Origin: a virus
Reading direction: 5' to 3' (one strand)
Virus record (IMG/VR): IMGVR_UViG_3300021437_000012
Span: 24,615 to 88,614 of that record
Length of the DNA: 64,000 bases
Positions 30,801 to 40,448 of this stretch are shown here, piece after piece. The notes beneath the pieces are model-generated. The model was not told the DNA's origin, did not search any database, and saw only the letters and a program-made list of their open reading frames with translations. Positions within the stretch are counted from its first letter, which is position 1. The number at the start of each line of letters is the position of its first letter. The position numbers and the translations under genes were made by a program.

Positions 30801-32029
30801 TAAGTGGCACGACGTTGTGGGAGGCAAGCCTCGGCGTGGCGGGCGCGACGCTCGGGACAACTAACCGAGTAGGGCTCAAGCCTACGCACCATTTCAGTTA
30901 CGGTAATAGCGCGGGCACGGCGCTCGCTGCAACCGCTGGCGCGTGGGCGACGGTGGACAATTGCGAGCGGTTGTGGCAAGGCGGATTCGGAACGTTCCCC
31001 GTGGGCACATCTCACCGGCTCCAAGTGTACGCCAGCGGAAGTGCGGGAACGACGCAATTCCGCATTTACGACTTCACTAATTCTCAAGTCGTCATGGGTC
31101 CGGTGACAGGCGTTGGCGGACTGGCGCTGTATCAATCGACCACGGCCGGGACGATACCGGAGAGCAACGCTAGACTCAGGCTTCAATACCTGACTGTCGG
31201 CGCTGAGACGGCGGTGATTTACTCGGCGGGATGGGAGGCGAAGGAAGCCGCGACGCCAGCGAGTGAGCCTGTAGTGCCGGAGGTTATCTACTCTGATGGT
31301 AATTCCGCTGGTGTGGCGTGTGCCACGACTGGCTCTAAGACTGTGTGGAAGAACGTCCCGCTGCGAGCCGGGCAGGTAGTGATAAACAGGGCATACCATG
31401 AGACGCTAGGCGTAACCTATCAAGCGGCTCTGTATTGCGACCCGGGCGCTGCGACGGACTTCGCTGTTAGGCTAAGGATGAGATGGTATTTCGGCGGCAC
31501 GACATTCGACCAGACTATGGACTTCGGAACGCTAACGACGGCAGGACTGTATATAGCAGGGCTGTACCTTGGAAGCGGGACGAGTCAGGCGCAAATGGCG
31601 ATGAACGACTTGCAAGTGACGGTGGAGTATTCCTCGACCGCCAACACGGCTACGGTCTACTCTGCCTCATTGGCCGCGCTGTATACGTATGATGTCACGG
31701 CGGAAAAGTACCTGACTGTTCCTGGCAGGGCCGGGGCGTTCATCACGACTCCGATGCCTGTAGGAGCGCGCCATCGTTGGGCAATTCGCGCGAATGGCAC
31801 TGGGTGCTCTGGATTCAGGCCAGTTATCGTGTCAACAGACGGGCCAGTGGTGGCAAGCGATACGCTTAAGGTTATAGCCGACTTCGGTGTGATTACAACG
31901 GACGGCGTATTTGTGACCGAAGGGTTGGATAACCTAGCCGGATTGGGCGTCGAGCTTCGCTACTCTAACGGCTCAGGTTCTCCGGTGGTGTATGCCGCGA
32001 GCCTTGAGGCTCTGTATCCAGAGGAATAG
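27863..32029 (+). CDS. Large tail tip/receptor-binding protein with LamG-like domain and C-terminal repeats
   Basis: ~1390 aa; LYIGA..FGGHISNVKL; repeated ~120-aa modules at the C-terminus. Confidence 0.65.
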   Translation: MNRRGSRPGADSTTVLLLDRLSGTPRDLSLYEQVITVENTSGELPQPGLGYFGDGVRLGNIGVSPENGLPRIKIAQAASLDLGTLLTFETAYYRANTADATYYIASRKDGSNNLSWEVKHANFAITFAIENPSGTGDTLSISVPIGQNLTTLARWYYVRFVADLNNGWLYGFLNGNLRAKKSTALVALRTASLGPLYIGANARLSSSLDYSFGGHISNVKLRNVADFDETTLPQNILLSDHITTKQTRALEYDLGEIVESNTWVDDTAGGFYTSAASLGLINFLVDDTDLAGFTLTTSGGVTTTLTKVGNITDVDSTANTYCYDAASNRIYANPNPSTYATALLRVTYRCADHTLAIAGRNYRGTLVVSDAGHLATNYIFAPLPLSSGGRIAISRQHPDHPASFGGESSSKIVWPGAPVRLYKIFDHGSWSEKIPIFTGYVETSPADDRDVIAVNIGPRHMKLDKVVVEPHTINVTDYPYAPKEAIGYKFPTIWGVGHLRVPAPCVDVTPTVISGVTCYKRKISARAITSITQLGSGNSALLYFTNVDLSVGTLYSSEAPTTELWANVSGYGTPSSATSAAGIFIKSFSTPTEAITDPMTWLKTWLSLLIDLPSSAMSDSTWANTATRVLLGRRFCEVMDGLGSGAAELQRFFQETVTFLRPYVDGTYGWSDVDKTTVSSGVLRDCNIISDLWYNDIDKLSRRADGECYEYQLRSDGTTSSSAPFSLSPLKSDVRYLLNPGWNPPGGKTRFMSTGSANNWLQNMVRRFLEEVGQLRDITVSPKYASIKVLDVLTDYTSNSQAGNGARLRVFSREETPEGNLKLIVVPETLFPANGAQPYDIRDSYGPQRHFSFGKSSGQSVSSAGVWSVVGDYTKLFQGSVCRFPPSGVSHRLAIRAQRIGGSNDTDLAFRLRTASGHTIASIAGVTTAAQFVSTTSFTNIPTIDELIWLEVQTNYGATGTVWSASWESEETAASPGDPISGTTLWEASLGVAGATLGTTNRVGLKPTHHFSYGNSAGTALAATAGAWATVDNCERLWQGGFGTFPVGTSHRLQVYASGSAGTTQFRIYDFTNSQVVMGPVTGVGGLALYQSTTAGTIPESNARLRLQYLTVGAETAVIYSAGWEAKEAATPASEPVVPEVIYSDGNSAGVACATTGSKTVWKNVPLRAGQVVINRAYHETLGVTYQAALYCDPGAATDFAVRLRMRWYFGGTTFDQTMDFGTLTTAGLYIAGLYLGSGTSQAQMAMNDLQVTVEYSSTANTATVYSASLAALYTYDVTAEKYLTVPGRAGAFITTPMPVGARHRWAIRANGTGCSGFRPVIVSTDGPVVASDTLKVIADFGVITTDGVFVTEGLDNLAGLGVELRYSNGSGSPVVYAASLEALYPEE

Positions 32030-32467
32030 ATGCCAGGGACGCGCAAGTACCATATAGCGACGGTATCGTGGGGGGCGACTCAGGGCGCGAGCCTCGCCGC
32101 GTCATCTACCGTCGAATTGGCCGCCACTGGTGCTGGCACATGGGCAGCCATAGACGGCCACGAGGTTCTACGCGAGGGCGGATTCGCATTCGCCACGGGC
32201 TCGCCGATGGTAACACATTACCTGTATGTGCGCTTCGCGGTGTCGCTGCTGGCGGACACAACGCTATCGTTCCGCCTGCGGGACGTGAGCAATTCTCTGA
32301 CGATTGCGACGGCGACGCCAGAGAGCATAGGTGACACGTCGGCATACTCGACCACATTCTCAAACCTTCCGGCGTCGGATGCTAGGGTAGAATTGCAATA
32401 CACGCTCGTCGCGCCGAGGACGTGCTTGTTCTACTGGGCGCTGTGGGATATGAGCCGATGGCTATAA
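32030..32467 (+). CDS. Tail-associated protein (single repeat module)
   Basis: NLPASDARVELQY shared with the next gene. Confidence 0.55.
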   Translation: MPGTRKYHIATVSWGATQGASLAASSTVELAATGAGTWAAIDGHEVLREGGFAFATGSPMVTHYLYVRFAVSLLADTTLSFRLRDVSNSLTIATATPESIGDTSAYSTTFSNLPASDARVELQYTLVAPRTCLFYWALWDMSRWL

Positions 32468-32910
32468 GGTTCTACCAGTTAGCGCTTATGGACTGGGGAG
32501 TCACTCAGGCCGCTGGGTCAGACATAAGCGCTCCTACAACTGCCAACCTGGCTATAACAGGAAGCGGAGCGTGGGCTACGGTTAACGCACAAGAGTGCTT
32601 GAGGCAGGCGACGTTCTCAGTCCTGGATACAGACGGGAATGTAGCGCACTCGCTACGCGTGAACGCCTACCGCGGGCCGCTTGTAACGGACCTATGGTTT
32701 CGACTACAGAACGTCACGTCTAGCACTACCATCGTCAGCGGAACGGCCAAATGGGCGACGTCCGCTAATCCAATCACTATCTACGCAATCGATGCGGCAA
32801 ACCTGCCGGCGGCAGATGCGCGAGTCGAATTGCAGTATTGGCTAACCGGGTCAGGCGCCGGGCACGGGTCTTTCCTCGCAGCGTGTTGGCTGATGGAGCG
32901 CACCCCATGA
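32458..32910 (+). CDS. Tail-associated protein, paralog of 32030-32467
   Basis: WG.TQ.A..GAWA..FRL.NV..NLPAADARVELQY. Confidence 0.55.
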   Translation: MAIRFYQLALMDWGVTQAAGSDISAPTTANLAITGSGAWATVNAQECLRQATFSVLDTDGNVAHSLRVNAYRGPLVTDLWFRLQNVTSSTTIVSGTAKWATSANPITIYAIDAANLPAADARVELQYWLTGSGAGHGSFLAACWLMERTP

Positions 32911-33713
32911 CACCTGAAATGCAAGACATCCTACGCCGCCTCAGAGACCTTGAGAACGGGCATATACCGGCGAACGTGCTTCGCCTCGGGAATGGAGACG
33001 CGAGCGAGGACAGGCGCATAGAGTTCGTCACGGGCTCTGATGTGAACACCGATTCTACATCATCGCACTTACGTCCTGGTATTGTGTATGCTGTTAGTAC
33101 GGGCAAAGTCAGTGTAAGTCAAGATGGAGTAACTTCTGGGCAAATCATAGGTGCTGGAGATATCAACGGTGACGCGATTCCAGTATTTGGTGGTATTGTG
33201 CCGTTTCGCGTTAAATCAAGTGCCGAAGTTCCTTTATTGAATGCAGCTACAGTAGGCAATTTTACAGCACACGATCTTCTTTTGTTTGAAAATCATGTGG
33301 GAACACTAACCGTTCCTTTGGGATTTACTTGGACAAATAGAAGTAATTATCAGCTTCGTGAAGTAAGTTCAACTTACGGGTCCGGCGTATCTTTACTAGA
33401 TTCATTATCATTACCTGGAACTGATCTACTTGGGTTTACGCCGTCTCTTGCACAGTTAATTATCCGGTATACTACTGGTGCATCTCCGGCAGCAACAACG
33501 TACAGTATCAGAGTACGAGATAAAACCACAGGAGCAACCCTAGGAGAAATAACAGGAATTGCAGTAGGTGGTACGAATCTGCTTGCCAATGCAGTGACTA
33601 CCACTACTTGGCCCATTGATGCTACAATGGACTGTGCCATCGAGGTAAAGCATTCGACTGGCGCATCGGGCACTGTGATAACGATTCACAACCTCTTACT
33701 GGTAGCGCGATGA
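32907..33713 (+). CDS. Putative tail fibre-associated protein
   Basis: N-terminal ILRRLRDLE coil; ATGA overlaps at both ends. Confidence 0.5.
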   Translation: MTPEMQDILRRLRDLENGHIPANVLRLGNGDASEDRRIEFVTGSDVNTDSTSSHLRPGIVYAVSTGKVSVSQDGVTSGQIIGAGDINGDAIPVFGGIVPFRVKSSAEVPLLNAATVGNFTAHDLLLFENHVGTLTVPLGFTWTNRSNYQLREVSSTYGSGVSLLDSLSLPGTDLLGFTPSLAQLIIRYTTGASPAATTYSIRVRDKTTGATLGEITGIAVGGTNLLANAVTTTTWPIDATMDCAIEVKHSTGASGTVITIHNLLLVAR

Positions 33714-34480
33714 AACGCATTATCATTATACTTACTATTTTACTTGTTGCAACAATTGTGTGGTCGCAAGGATTTTTTGATTTTACCGCTGCACGTCTTT
33801 TATTACCGCAAGGAACAAGTTGTGCAGGAAGTACATTAGAAGGCGATACGTGTTGGGACACTGACGACGATAAATTTTACATAGGGACTGGATCTGCTGC
33901 TTTACTAATCGGTCCTGGTGCTGGAGCAACAGGGAGTACTGGCCCTACGGGTAGCACTGGACCTTCTGGCCCTAGTGGACCGTCCGGTCCTACTGGAGCA
34001 ACAGGATCAACTGGTGTTACTGGAAGTACAGGTACACAAGGATTAAGTGGTCCGAGTGGTCCCGCGGCGTACAAATTTTTATGGGGTGGTGGAACGGGGA
34101 ACACCACACAAACTGTAGGCGTTGGTGGAGCTACTTTCTATGGTCCTATGACCGGAACACTTGCAACTTTAAGTGCAAGTGATACATCAGCAGGTACACG
34201 CTCAACAACATCCTATGCTATAACAACCTGGAGCAATCTTTGTTATACTGTAGGTGCAGACCCCGGCAACACAAAGACTTTCACGATTACGGCAATGAAA
34301 AATGGTAGTGCACAATCAGTTACATGCACTATAACGGGTGATGGTTCAACACACAAAACTTGTTGTGATAATACGAATAATTTTAGTTCATCTGCACAAG
34401 ATGAAGTTGGAATAAAAATTGTGGCATCAGCAAGTGCATCAACCACGATTCATTCATGGGGGGTTTTAGCAACGTTTTGA
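33710..34480 (+). CDS. Collagen-like repeat protein with signal peptide
   Basis: [20 protein letters not shown]; about 16 G-X-(S/T) triplets. Confidence 0.7.
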   Translation: MKRIIIILTILLVATIVWSQGFFDFTAARLLLPQGTSCAGSTLEGDTCWDTDDDKFYIGTGSAALLIGPGAGATGSTGPTGSTGPSGPSGPSGPTGATGSTGVTGSTGTQGLSGPSGPAAYKFLWGGGTGNTTQTVGVGGATFYGPMTGTLATLSASDTSAGTRSTTSYAITTWSNLCYTVGADPGNTKTFTITAMKNGSAQSVTCTITGDGSTHKTCCDNTNNFSSSAQDEVGIKIVASASASTTIHSWGVLATF

Positions 34481-34622
34481 TGTATAAAAACTTAGATTTT
34501 CCTGCGTATATAGAAGATACGTGGACGCTAAACTGCAAACGGTCAAGCGGTGCGGGCAGCGTGACGCTCGGCGAAGGAAGCGCGCTCGCGGCATACGTGG
34601 CAAAATGAATAGGGGAGGAAAC

Positions 34623-35333
34623 ATGAAGAGACTCGCAGCACTCGTTCTCGCACTCGCGTTGGCTGGCGCGGCTGCTGCGCAGAATCCAACGCCGGAGCCG
34701 ACTCCTACTCCAACAACGACTCCCACGCCAGACCCTGCTCCGCCTCCTGGCATACGCGAGGACGGTGACAGCGGCCCTACAGTGACTTCCCAGAAAGCTC
34801 CCGATGACTATCGCGCCAATCGCGATAGGGGCACAGTGCGCTACGATGCGGATCGCCTCAATTACAGCTTCCATCGCGTATTGTTTCCAGCCGTTAGACC
34901 TATCGCAATCGCCGGAGTGAACTTCACGCAAGGGCAGGCGAATACCGTCGTATTCTGGGGGCTCCAGGACCAGGGCCTTGCCAGCACCTTAGCGAACGCC
35001 GTGCGCGTCCGACCAGGGCCAGGGCACATCGTCACCGATGCAGAGATAGGAATGCGTCTGCGCCTACAGGGAACTGGCGTCACGCGAGGAGTCTACGTTA
35101 TCGTGGCGACAGTGACCGTGAATGGCGTCAAGGCGTGGGTGGTTGACCGCGCCCCCGCATCCCCAAATACGTCTGGCATGTCGTGGCAACTCATCGGCCC
35201 TATCAGGGACTTTACGGGGATAACGTTTGTCGGTTGCAACCTACGCAACGTGTGGCTTCCGTCATCCACATATCGTCCTACCGTGACAGCGTGCAACACA
35301 TACCAGTCCGATCTAGATCCAGAGACGCCATGA
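34623..35333 (+). CDS. Exported protein with Pro/Thr linker
   Basis: GGAGG RBS; MKRLAALVLALALAGAAAAQ; PTPEPTPTPT. Confidence 0.65.
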   Translation: MKRLAALVLALALAGAAAAQNPTPEPTPTPTTTPTPDPAPPPGIREDGDSGPTVTSQKAPDDYRANRDRGTVRYDADRLNYSFHRVLFPAVRPIAIAGVNFTQGQANTVVFWGLQDQGLASTLANAVRVRPGPGHIVTDAEIGMRLRLQGTGVTRGVYVIVATVTVNGVKAWVVDRAPASPNTSGMSWQLIGPIRDFTGITFVGCNLRNVWLPSSTYRPTVTACNTYQSDLDPETP

Positions 35334-37072
35334 GGCTAGCAGCGTTTGTCATCGCGATCCTTCTCGCCTCATCGGCGCTGGCCGCTCTCAATGCCGGCCT
35401 GGCTTGGGATGTGAGGACTACAGCCACAGCGTCGAACATAAACGGAGGTGCGTTCCGCAACGCTGACAACGTGGCCACGCCTAGCGCGCCATCCGTGTCT
35501 TGCCCGACTACCGGCGGAACAGTGGCGGCCAATACGTATTACGTAGTAGTGGTGTATGTGTCGGCGTTTGGGCGTGAAGGGCCAGCCAGCGCGGCTACTT
35601 CCGTGGTATGCACCGGCTCCACGTCCAGCATCGTCACCACGTCTCCGGCAGCGAGCGGAGTTGGTGTATCGACCGCCGTGAACTATCACGTCTATATCGG
35701 GACGGCCAACCTTCCCGGGCCGTGGTTTGCCAACCCAGGAACGGACGTGGCGATTGGCACCAACTCGACGCGCACTACAACCCCAGCTACCAGCGGGACC
35801 AATCCTCCAGGGGCCGATCTCAGTCAGTCGAACGGATCGACCAAGAGCTACACCGATATCATAGTAGGAGGGACGACCACAACCGCCACGTCGGTAGCGC
35901 GCCCATTCGTTCCAGCGGACGTTGGCAACCTAATCAACGTCGCCTCTGGTTGCACGGTTCAAACGGTCGAGATAACGGCGGTGAGCGCGACGAACGTCGC
36001 GACATTCGACAAGTCTCTTGGCACGGCCGCGTCTACATGCGTCGGAGAGCTGGGAGGCGCCAAGCTCACGCTATCTGCGACGGAACTGTTGGCGGTAGCC
36101 GGAAACCGCATCAATGTGAAGTCGGGAACGTATACCGAGACCCTAACCATGACTATCTCAGGAGGGGCCGGAACGCCGCGCAATTGGGACGGCTATCTAT
36201 CTAGCCATCTGGACGCGCCGAGCGGCACTGACAGGCCGCTGATTGACGCTACATCGTTGACGAATGGAGTGGCCGTCGTGGCGACCACTGGGAACGCATT
36301 TTCCTACCTTAGAATCGCCAACGCCACCGGAGCCAACGTCACCGGGACAACTGGCGGCTCGTTGTGGTATCGCTGTAAGTCGAGCGGGGCCGCAGGGGAC
36401 GGATTCGCTGAAACGACAAGCGGGAACCTTACACTTGACGAGTGCGAGTCGGCGTCGAATTCAGGCTATGGTGTGTCGGCGAGCGGTACGCAGCTCGTAG
36501 TCATCGGGTCATACATCCACGACAACACTTTGGCTGGCGTGCTTTCCACGTCGGTCGGAAGCCTGTTTATGTGCCACGACATAGTTGAGATGAACGCCGC
36601 TTCAAACGTCTCCATCGCGTCTCCGACCGTTGCCATTGTGACAAACAGCACGATTGATGGAGCATCAGGCGGTACGTCTGATGGGATACAATTGGGCACG
36701 TCATCTACTGGCCGCTTCACTGTTCTGGCGGATAATGCCATCACAAATAGCGGCAGGTACGGCGTCAACAGGACCGCACAGACAAGCGGCGGGTATGGCG
36801 TGGTGGACTATGACGGCTACTACGGGAATTCCACCGCGGCGCGAAACAACGCGCCTTCAGGATCAGCAGACTTGAGCACCAATCCCGCCTATACGAATGC
36901 CACCGGAGGCGACTTCTCTATCGGCACAGCGGGCTGGAAGACAGGCGGTAGTCCTGGTGCATTCCCTGGAGGCGCGAGCACTGGCTACATGGCGATTGGA
37001 GCGGTGGGGCCGCAGTGTAGTGGTGGCGGAGGACTTATCATCCCGCCAGGGCTTAACGGAGGCATACAATGA
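35330..37072 (+). CDS. Exported right-handed beta-helix protein
   Basis: MRLAAFVIAILLASSALAA; INVKSGTYTE, IHDN..GV, ITNSGRYGV, NPAYTNA..GDFS. Confidence 0.65.
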   Translation: MRLAAFVIAILLASSALAALNAGLAWDVRTTATASNINGGAFRNADNVATPSAPSVSCPTTGGTVAANTYYVVVVYVSAFGREGPASAATSVVCTGSTSSIVTTSPAASGVGVSTAVNYHVYIGTANLPGPWFANPGTDVAIGTNSTRTTTPATSGTNPPGADLSQSNGSTKSYTDIIVGGTTTTATSVARPFVPADVGNLINVASGCTVQTVEITAVSATNVATFDKSLGTAASTCVGELGGAKLTLSATELLAVAGNRINVKSGTYTETLTMTISGGAGTPRNWDGYLSSHLDAPSGTDRPLIDATSLTNGVAVVATTGNAFSYLRIANATGANVTGTTGGSLWYRCKSSGAAGDGFAETTSGNLTLDECESASNSGYGVSASGTQLVVIGSYIHDNTLAGVLSTSVGSLFMCHDIVEMNAASNVSIASPTVAIVTNSTIDGASGGTSDGIQLGTSSTGRFTVLADNAITNSGRYGVNRTAQTSGGYGVVDYDGYYGNSTAARNNAPSGSADLSTNPAYTNATGGDFSIGTAGWKTGGSPGAFPGGASTGYMAIGAVGPQCSGGGGLIIPPGLNGGIQ

Positions 37073-39612
37073 AGCGCATCGTTATACTTCTGGCGCTCCT
37101 CATCGCGCCGTCCGTTCTGGCCGCTCCTATCGCGTGGGTCGCGGGCACGACGTCGCGCACCATCGATCTGAAAATACTCGACTCGTCATCGACCACGGGC
37201 GCTGGACTATCTGGGCTCGTCTACAATTCGAGCGGCCTTGTGTGCTCATACACACGCGAGAAAGCGGCGCGCGTTGCAATCACGCTCGCAACACAGACCG
37301 TAACTGGTGCATATTCCAGCGGCGGGTTCGTTGAGATTGATGCTACGAATTTCAAGGGGCTTTACCGTCTTGACATACCCGATGCGGCCCTCGCAGCCGG
37401 CGTTAACTTCGTCGTATTGGAGTGCTATGGTGCGACTAACATGCTGCCAGTGGACCGCGAGATTCAACTAATCGGGATGAATTTCGAGGACGCGGTAGCT
37501 GGCGGTATGTCGATGGTCCCGACCGATGTGAAGAAATGGAATGGCACAACGGTAGCGACTCCGGCCACTGCTGGCGTCCCGGATGTCAACGTCAAAAACG
37601 TCAACAATGTCGCCGCGGCTACTCCAGGAGCGAGCGGCGGCATGCTCATATCGGGAAGCAACGCCGGCACTACGACGCTTGGCGCTCTAACCGTGACAGG
37701 CACTACGACGATGAGTGACGGCCTCGTTGTCAATCGCTCCACGTCTAACAGCGACGCGGTATCGCTCACGGCAAGCGGTTCTGGCGTCGGCCTCAAGGCG
37801 ACGGGTGGCGCGGCGAGCGGTGCGACGGCCGGCGGCGACGGGATCAAGGCGATAGGCGGCGCGGCATCGACTACGGGCGGAGGCGTAGCCGGACGTGGCG
37901 TGTATGCACTAGGCGGCGCGGGGGCTGCCACGACTAACACGGCGCGCGGCGGATTCCGCGTAGAGTCTGGCGCTGACAATGGGGCCGGCGGCGATGTTGG
38001 AATGCGCATGGTAGGCGTCGGCGCGTTCCCTGGATTCGAGGCGGATGGCGGAGCGACCGGGGCAGGCGCGAAGTTCGTCGGCGGCGCCACGAGTGGAGAT
38101 GCAATCGACCTCACTACCACGAGCGGCGATGGTTTCAACTCCTCGCCGACTGCCGGCAACGCGATGGTCCTCGCGGCCAACGGAACATCGAAGCACGGAC
38201 TTGTCGCGACGGGCGGCACCGCGGGGACAAGCGACGGAATCAAGGGCGTGGCCGGAACCGGTGGCGTGCCGATTCGCGGAAATATCACGGGGAATATCAC
38301 CGGTACTATCGACACTGTTACGACTCTGACAAACCTACCAGCAATTACGACTAACTGGCTCACCGCTTCCGGCATCGCGGCTGGTGCGCTCAACGGCAAG
38401 GGCGACTGGTCGACATACGCCGGTGGTGACACGAGCGGAACGACCACGCTCTTGTCTCGGCTCACGTCTACGCGTGCAGGATATCTCGACAACTTGAGTG
38501 GCGGGGCTGTGGCTTTGGCGTCCACGGCCCTCAGTACGGCGCAGTGGACTAACGGGCGCGCGGCGAACCTCGACAACCTCGATGCTACGGTTAGCAGTCG
38601 CCTCGCAAGCTCAGGCTATACCGTGCCCCCTACCGCGCTAGCGAATGCAACCGCGGTTTGGACTGACCTACTAGCAAGCTCTGACTTCTCCACCGTCTCA
38701 AGCGTGGGCAAGCTCCTCAAGGACGATATCGACGCCGCGGTATCCAGCCGCATGGCGACATACACTCAACCCACCGGATTCCTCGCGGCTACGTTCCCAG
38801 GAACGGTTGCGAGCACAACCAATATCACCGCCGCCACGGGCATCACCGTCGCGACAAACAGCGACAAGACGGGCTATACGCTCACCGTTACTCCACCCAC
38901 AGCGGCGACCATTGCCACGACGGTATGGCAAGACTCAACGGCCGGTGACTTCACAACAGCATCGAGTATCGGTAAATCTCTCTATAATGCCTTTACTCCA
39001 AATACCAGTGTCTACACTACAGCTTCATTAGCTAATGCACCTACAGGCGGATCTAGTGGGCCAACGTTAACTCAAATAGTTAATGGAGTTTGGGATGAGC
39101 CTAACGCGAGTCACGTCATTACAGGTAGTACAGGCAAAAGTCTGTCTAATTCTGGTGCAGCATCAAACCCTTGGGACATAGATATAAGTACGTATGCTAG
39201 CCCTACTGCGGGCCATACAGTTCAGAGTATCCGCAACGAATTAAGTGCAGCAGCATTAACTTTATCATCCGCAGTTTCAACAAACGGAACATCCATAAAG
39301 TTCGTCCAAGGTGATGACAGGCTACACGCAGACTCCAAGGAATTTGCGTTTACTTGTAGTGCTTCTATATGCCCTACGCTGTCATCCGCCACAATGACAA
39401 TCACACAAAATTCGACGGTAATTTATACACTAACTGGTGTGGTAACAGATGTTACTTCTGACCCACGTACGTTCTACTTTGAACTTACTTCTACACAAAC
39501 TGCTGCAATGACTGTAGCTTCTGATTATAAGTATGCTATCGCAGTTCAATTCACTACAGGGCATAAATTTACACCAATCATAAACGGTGTGATGCAGGTG
39601 TTGGGAAATTAA
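37069..39612 (+). CDS. Exported Gly/Thr-rich fibre-like protein
   Basis: MKRIVILLALLIAPSVLAA; Gly-rich repeats; repeated NLDA.VSSR and A..VW motifs. Confidence 0.65.
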   Translation: MKRIVILLALLIAPSVLAAPIAWVAGTTSRTIDLKILDSSSTTGAGLSGLVYNSSGLVCSYTREKAARVAITLATQTVTGAYSSGGFVEIDATNFKGLYRLDIPDAALAAGVNFVVLECYGATNMLPVDREIQLIGMNFEDAVAGGMSMVPTDVKKWNGTTVATPATAGVPDVNVKNVNNVAAATPGASGGMLISGSNAGTTTLGALTVTGTTTMSDGLVVNRSTSNSDAVSLTASGSGVGLKATGGAASGATAGGDGIKAIGGAASTTGGGVAGRGVYALGGAGAATTNTARGGFRVESGADNGAGGDVGMRMVGVGAFPGFEADGGATGAGAKFVGGATSGDAIDLTTTSGDGFNSSPTAGNAMVLAANGTSKHGLVATGGTAGTSDGIKGVAGTGGVPIRGNITGNITGTIDTVTTLTNLPAITTNWLTASGIAAGALNGKGDWSTYAGGDTSGTTTLLSRLTSTRAGYLDNLSGGAVALASTALSTAQWTNGRAANLDNLDATVSSRLASSGYTVPPTALANATAVWTDLLASSDFSTVSSVGKLLKDDIDAAVSSRMATYTQPTGFLAATFPGTVASTTNITAATGITVATNSDKTGYTLTVTPPTAATIATTVWQDSTAGDFTTASSIGKSLYNAFTPNTSVYTTASLANAPTGGSSGPTLTQIVNGVWDEPNASHVITGSTGKSLSNSGAASNPWDIDISTYASPTAGHTVQSIRNELSAAALTLSSAVSTNGTSIKFVQGDDRLHADSKEFAFTCSASICPTLSSATMTITQNSTVIYTLTGVVTDVTSDPRTFYFELTSTQTAAMTVASDYKYAIAVQFTTGHKFTPIINGVMQVLGN

Positions 39613-40014
39613 GTGGACGCTGTTTATATAGAGGCTATTTCTGTTGCAGGTGGTACTGCACTATCCATTGTTGCTTATTACTCTGGATGGAAGCGTCGAG
39701 TACGTAAAGAAGGGGAAGAAGAACGTGCACAAGTGGACACTCTTCACGGCGTTGAAGCTCGTGTTACGTCAATAGGTGTACATACAGACGCTAACGCCGC
39801 AGAGATTCGGCGCGTAGAAACGAAACACGATGCGGATTTAGCTAAATTAAATTCAGAGATAGCTGTACTGCGTACGCAACAAGCAGAAAATATGCGTCGG
39901 TTAGAATCAGGAGATCGCCTTCTTCAACAACTCTCTGAAATGCTTAACAGAATCCGAGGAGCAATTGATGCAGCCGGACCAAATAAGCACAACAATCGTG
40001 ACATCAGATCTTGA
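39613..40014 (+). CDS. Membrane-anchored coiled-coil protein (holin-like)
   Basis: N-terminal hydrophobic helix, basic patch, coiled coil. Confidence 0.45.
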   Translation: MDAVYIEAISVAGGTALSIVAYYSGWKRRVRKEGEEERAQVDTLHGVEARVTSIGVHTDANAAEIRRVETKHDADLAKLNSEIAVLRTQQAENMRRLESGDRLLQQLSEMLNRIRGAIDAAGPNKHNNRDIRS

Positions 40015-40204
40015 CCGGCGTAAGAAAACACCGGGTAAAACCGCAGTGCATATAGCACTTCGGGAATTACATGAAGTGTGTAAAGAAGGTGTAGAAGTAC
40101 CCGATACTGTGAAAGAAGAAGTACAACAAGCTTTACAATCTATGATAGATAATATTAAGACGCATCTAACTAAATCGGGGTACTATATGAAGTTTCCTCA
40201 GTGA
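39965..40204 (+). CDS. Hypothetical protein
   Basis: Packed ORF; start uncertain. Confidence 0.35.
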   Translation: MMQPDQISTTIVTSDLDRRKKTPGKTAVHIALRELHEVCKEGVEVPDTVKEEVQQALQSMIDNIKTHLTKSGYYMKFPQ

Positions 40205-40419
40205 TTAAAAATGTTGGTGCACAATTTCCATGTCATGGTTTAATGTTATATGTTGCTTTATGTGAGTTAAATCCTGTGTGTTCTAACTGTCCGTACGATA
40301 TCGGTGCAACTAAGTTAGAAGTTTTAGCGGAGTTAGATGCGATAGAAAAAGTGCTAGATGACCATAAATGTAAACAGTGTGTGTTATTGCAACCTGTGTC
40401 TAGCCTAAGCACAGATTAG
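40201..40419 (+). CDS. Small Cys-rich hypothetical protein
   Basis: CxxC motifs; GTGA overlap. Confidence 0.35.
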   Translation: MIKNVGAQFPCHGLMLYVALCELNPVCSNCPYDIGATKLEVLAELDAIEKVLDDHKCKQCVLLQPVSSLSTD

Positions 40420-40448
40420 TGGTATAATACGAGTAAAGGAACACAGTA

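Noticed and set aside
34481-34622. Riboswitch upstream of the exported-protein genes
   Set aside because: No recognisable aptamer consensus; it coincides with a composition breakpoint and may be a gene remnant
37464-38576. 370-aa minus-strand ORF and other long antisense ORFs (e.g. 61819-62559 on +)
   Set aside because: Shadows of GC-rich coding sequence on the opposite strand; no RBS or recognisable motifs
27863-39612. Diversity-generating retroelement or invertase-shuffled fibres
   Set aside because: No reverse transcriptase or recombinase and no adenine-variant nucleotide repeat pair seen
40422-40434. 13-mer GTATAATACGAGT shared with 54311-54323
   Set aside because: Only two copies, partly explained by -10 box composition, and in opposite orientation relative to the inferred promoters
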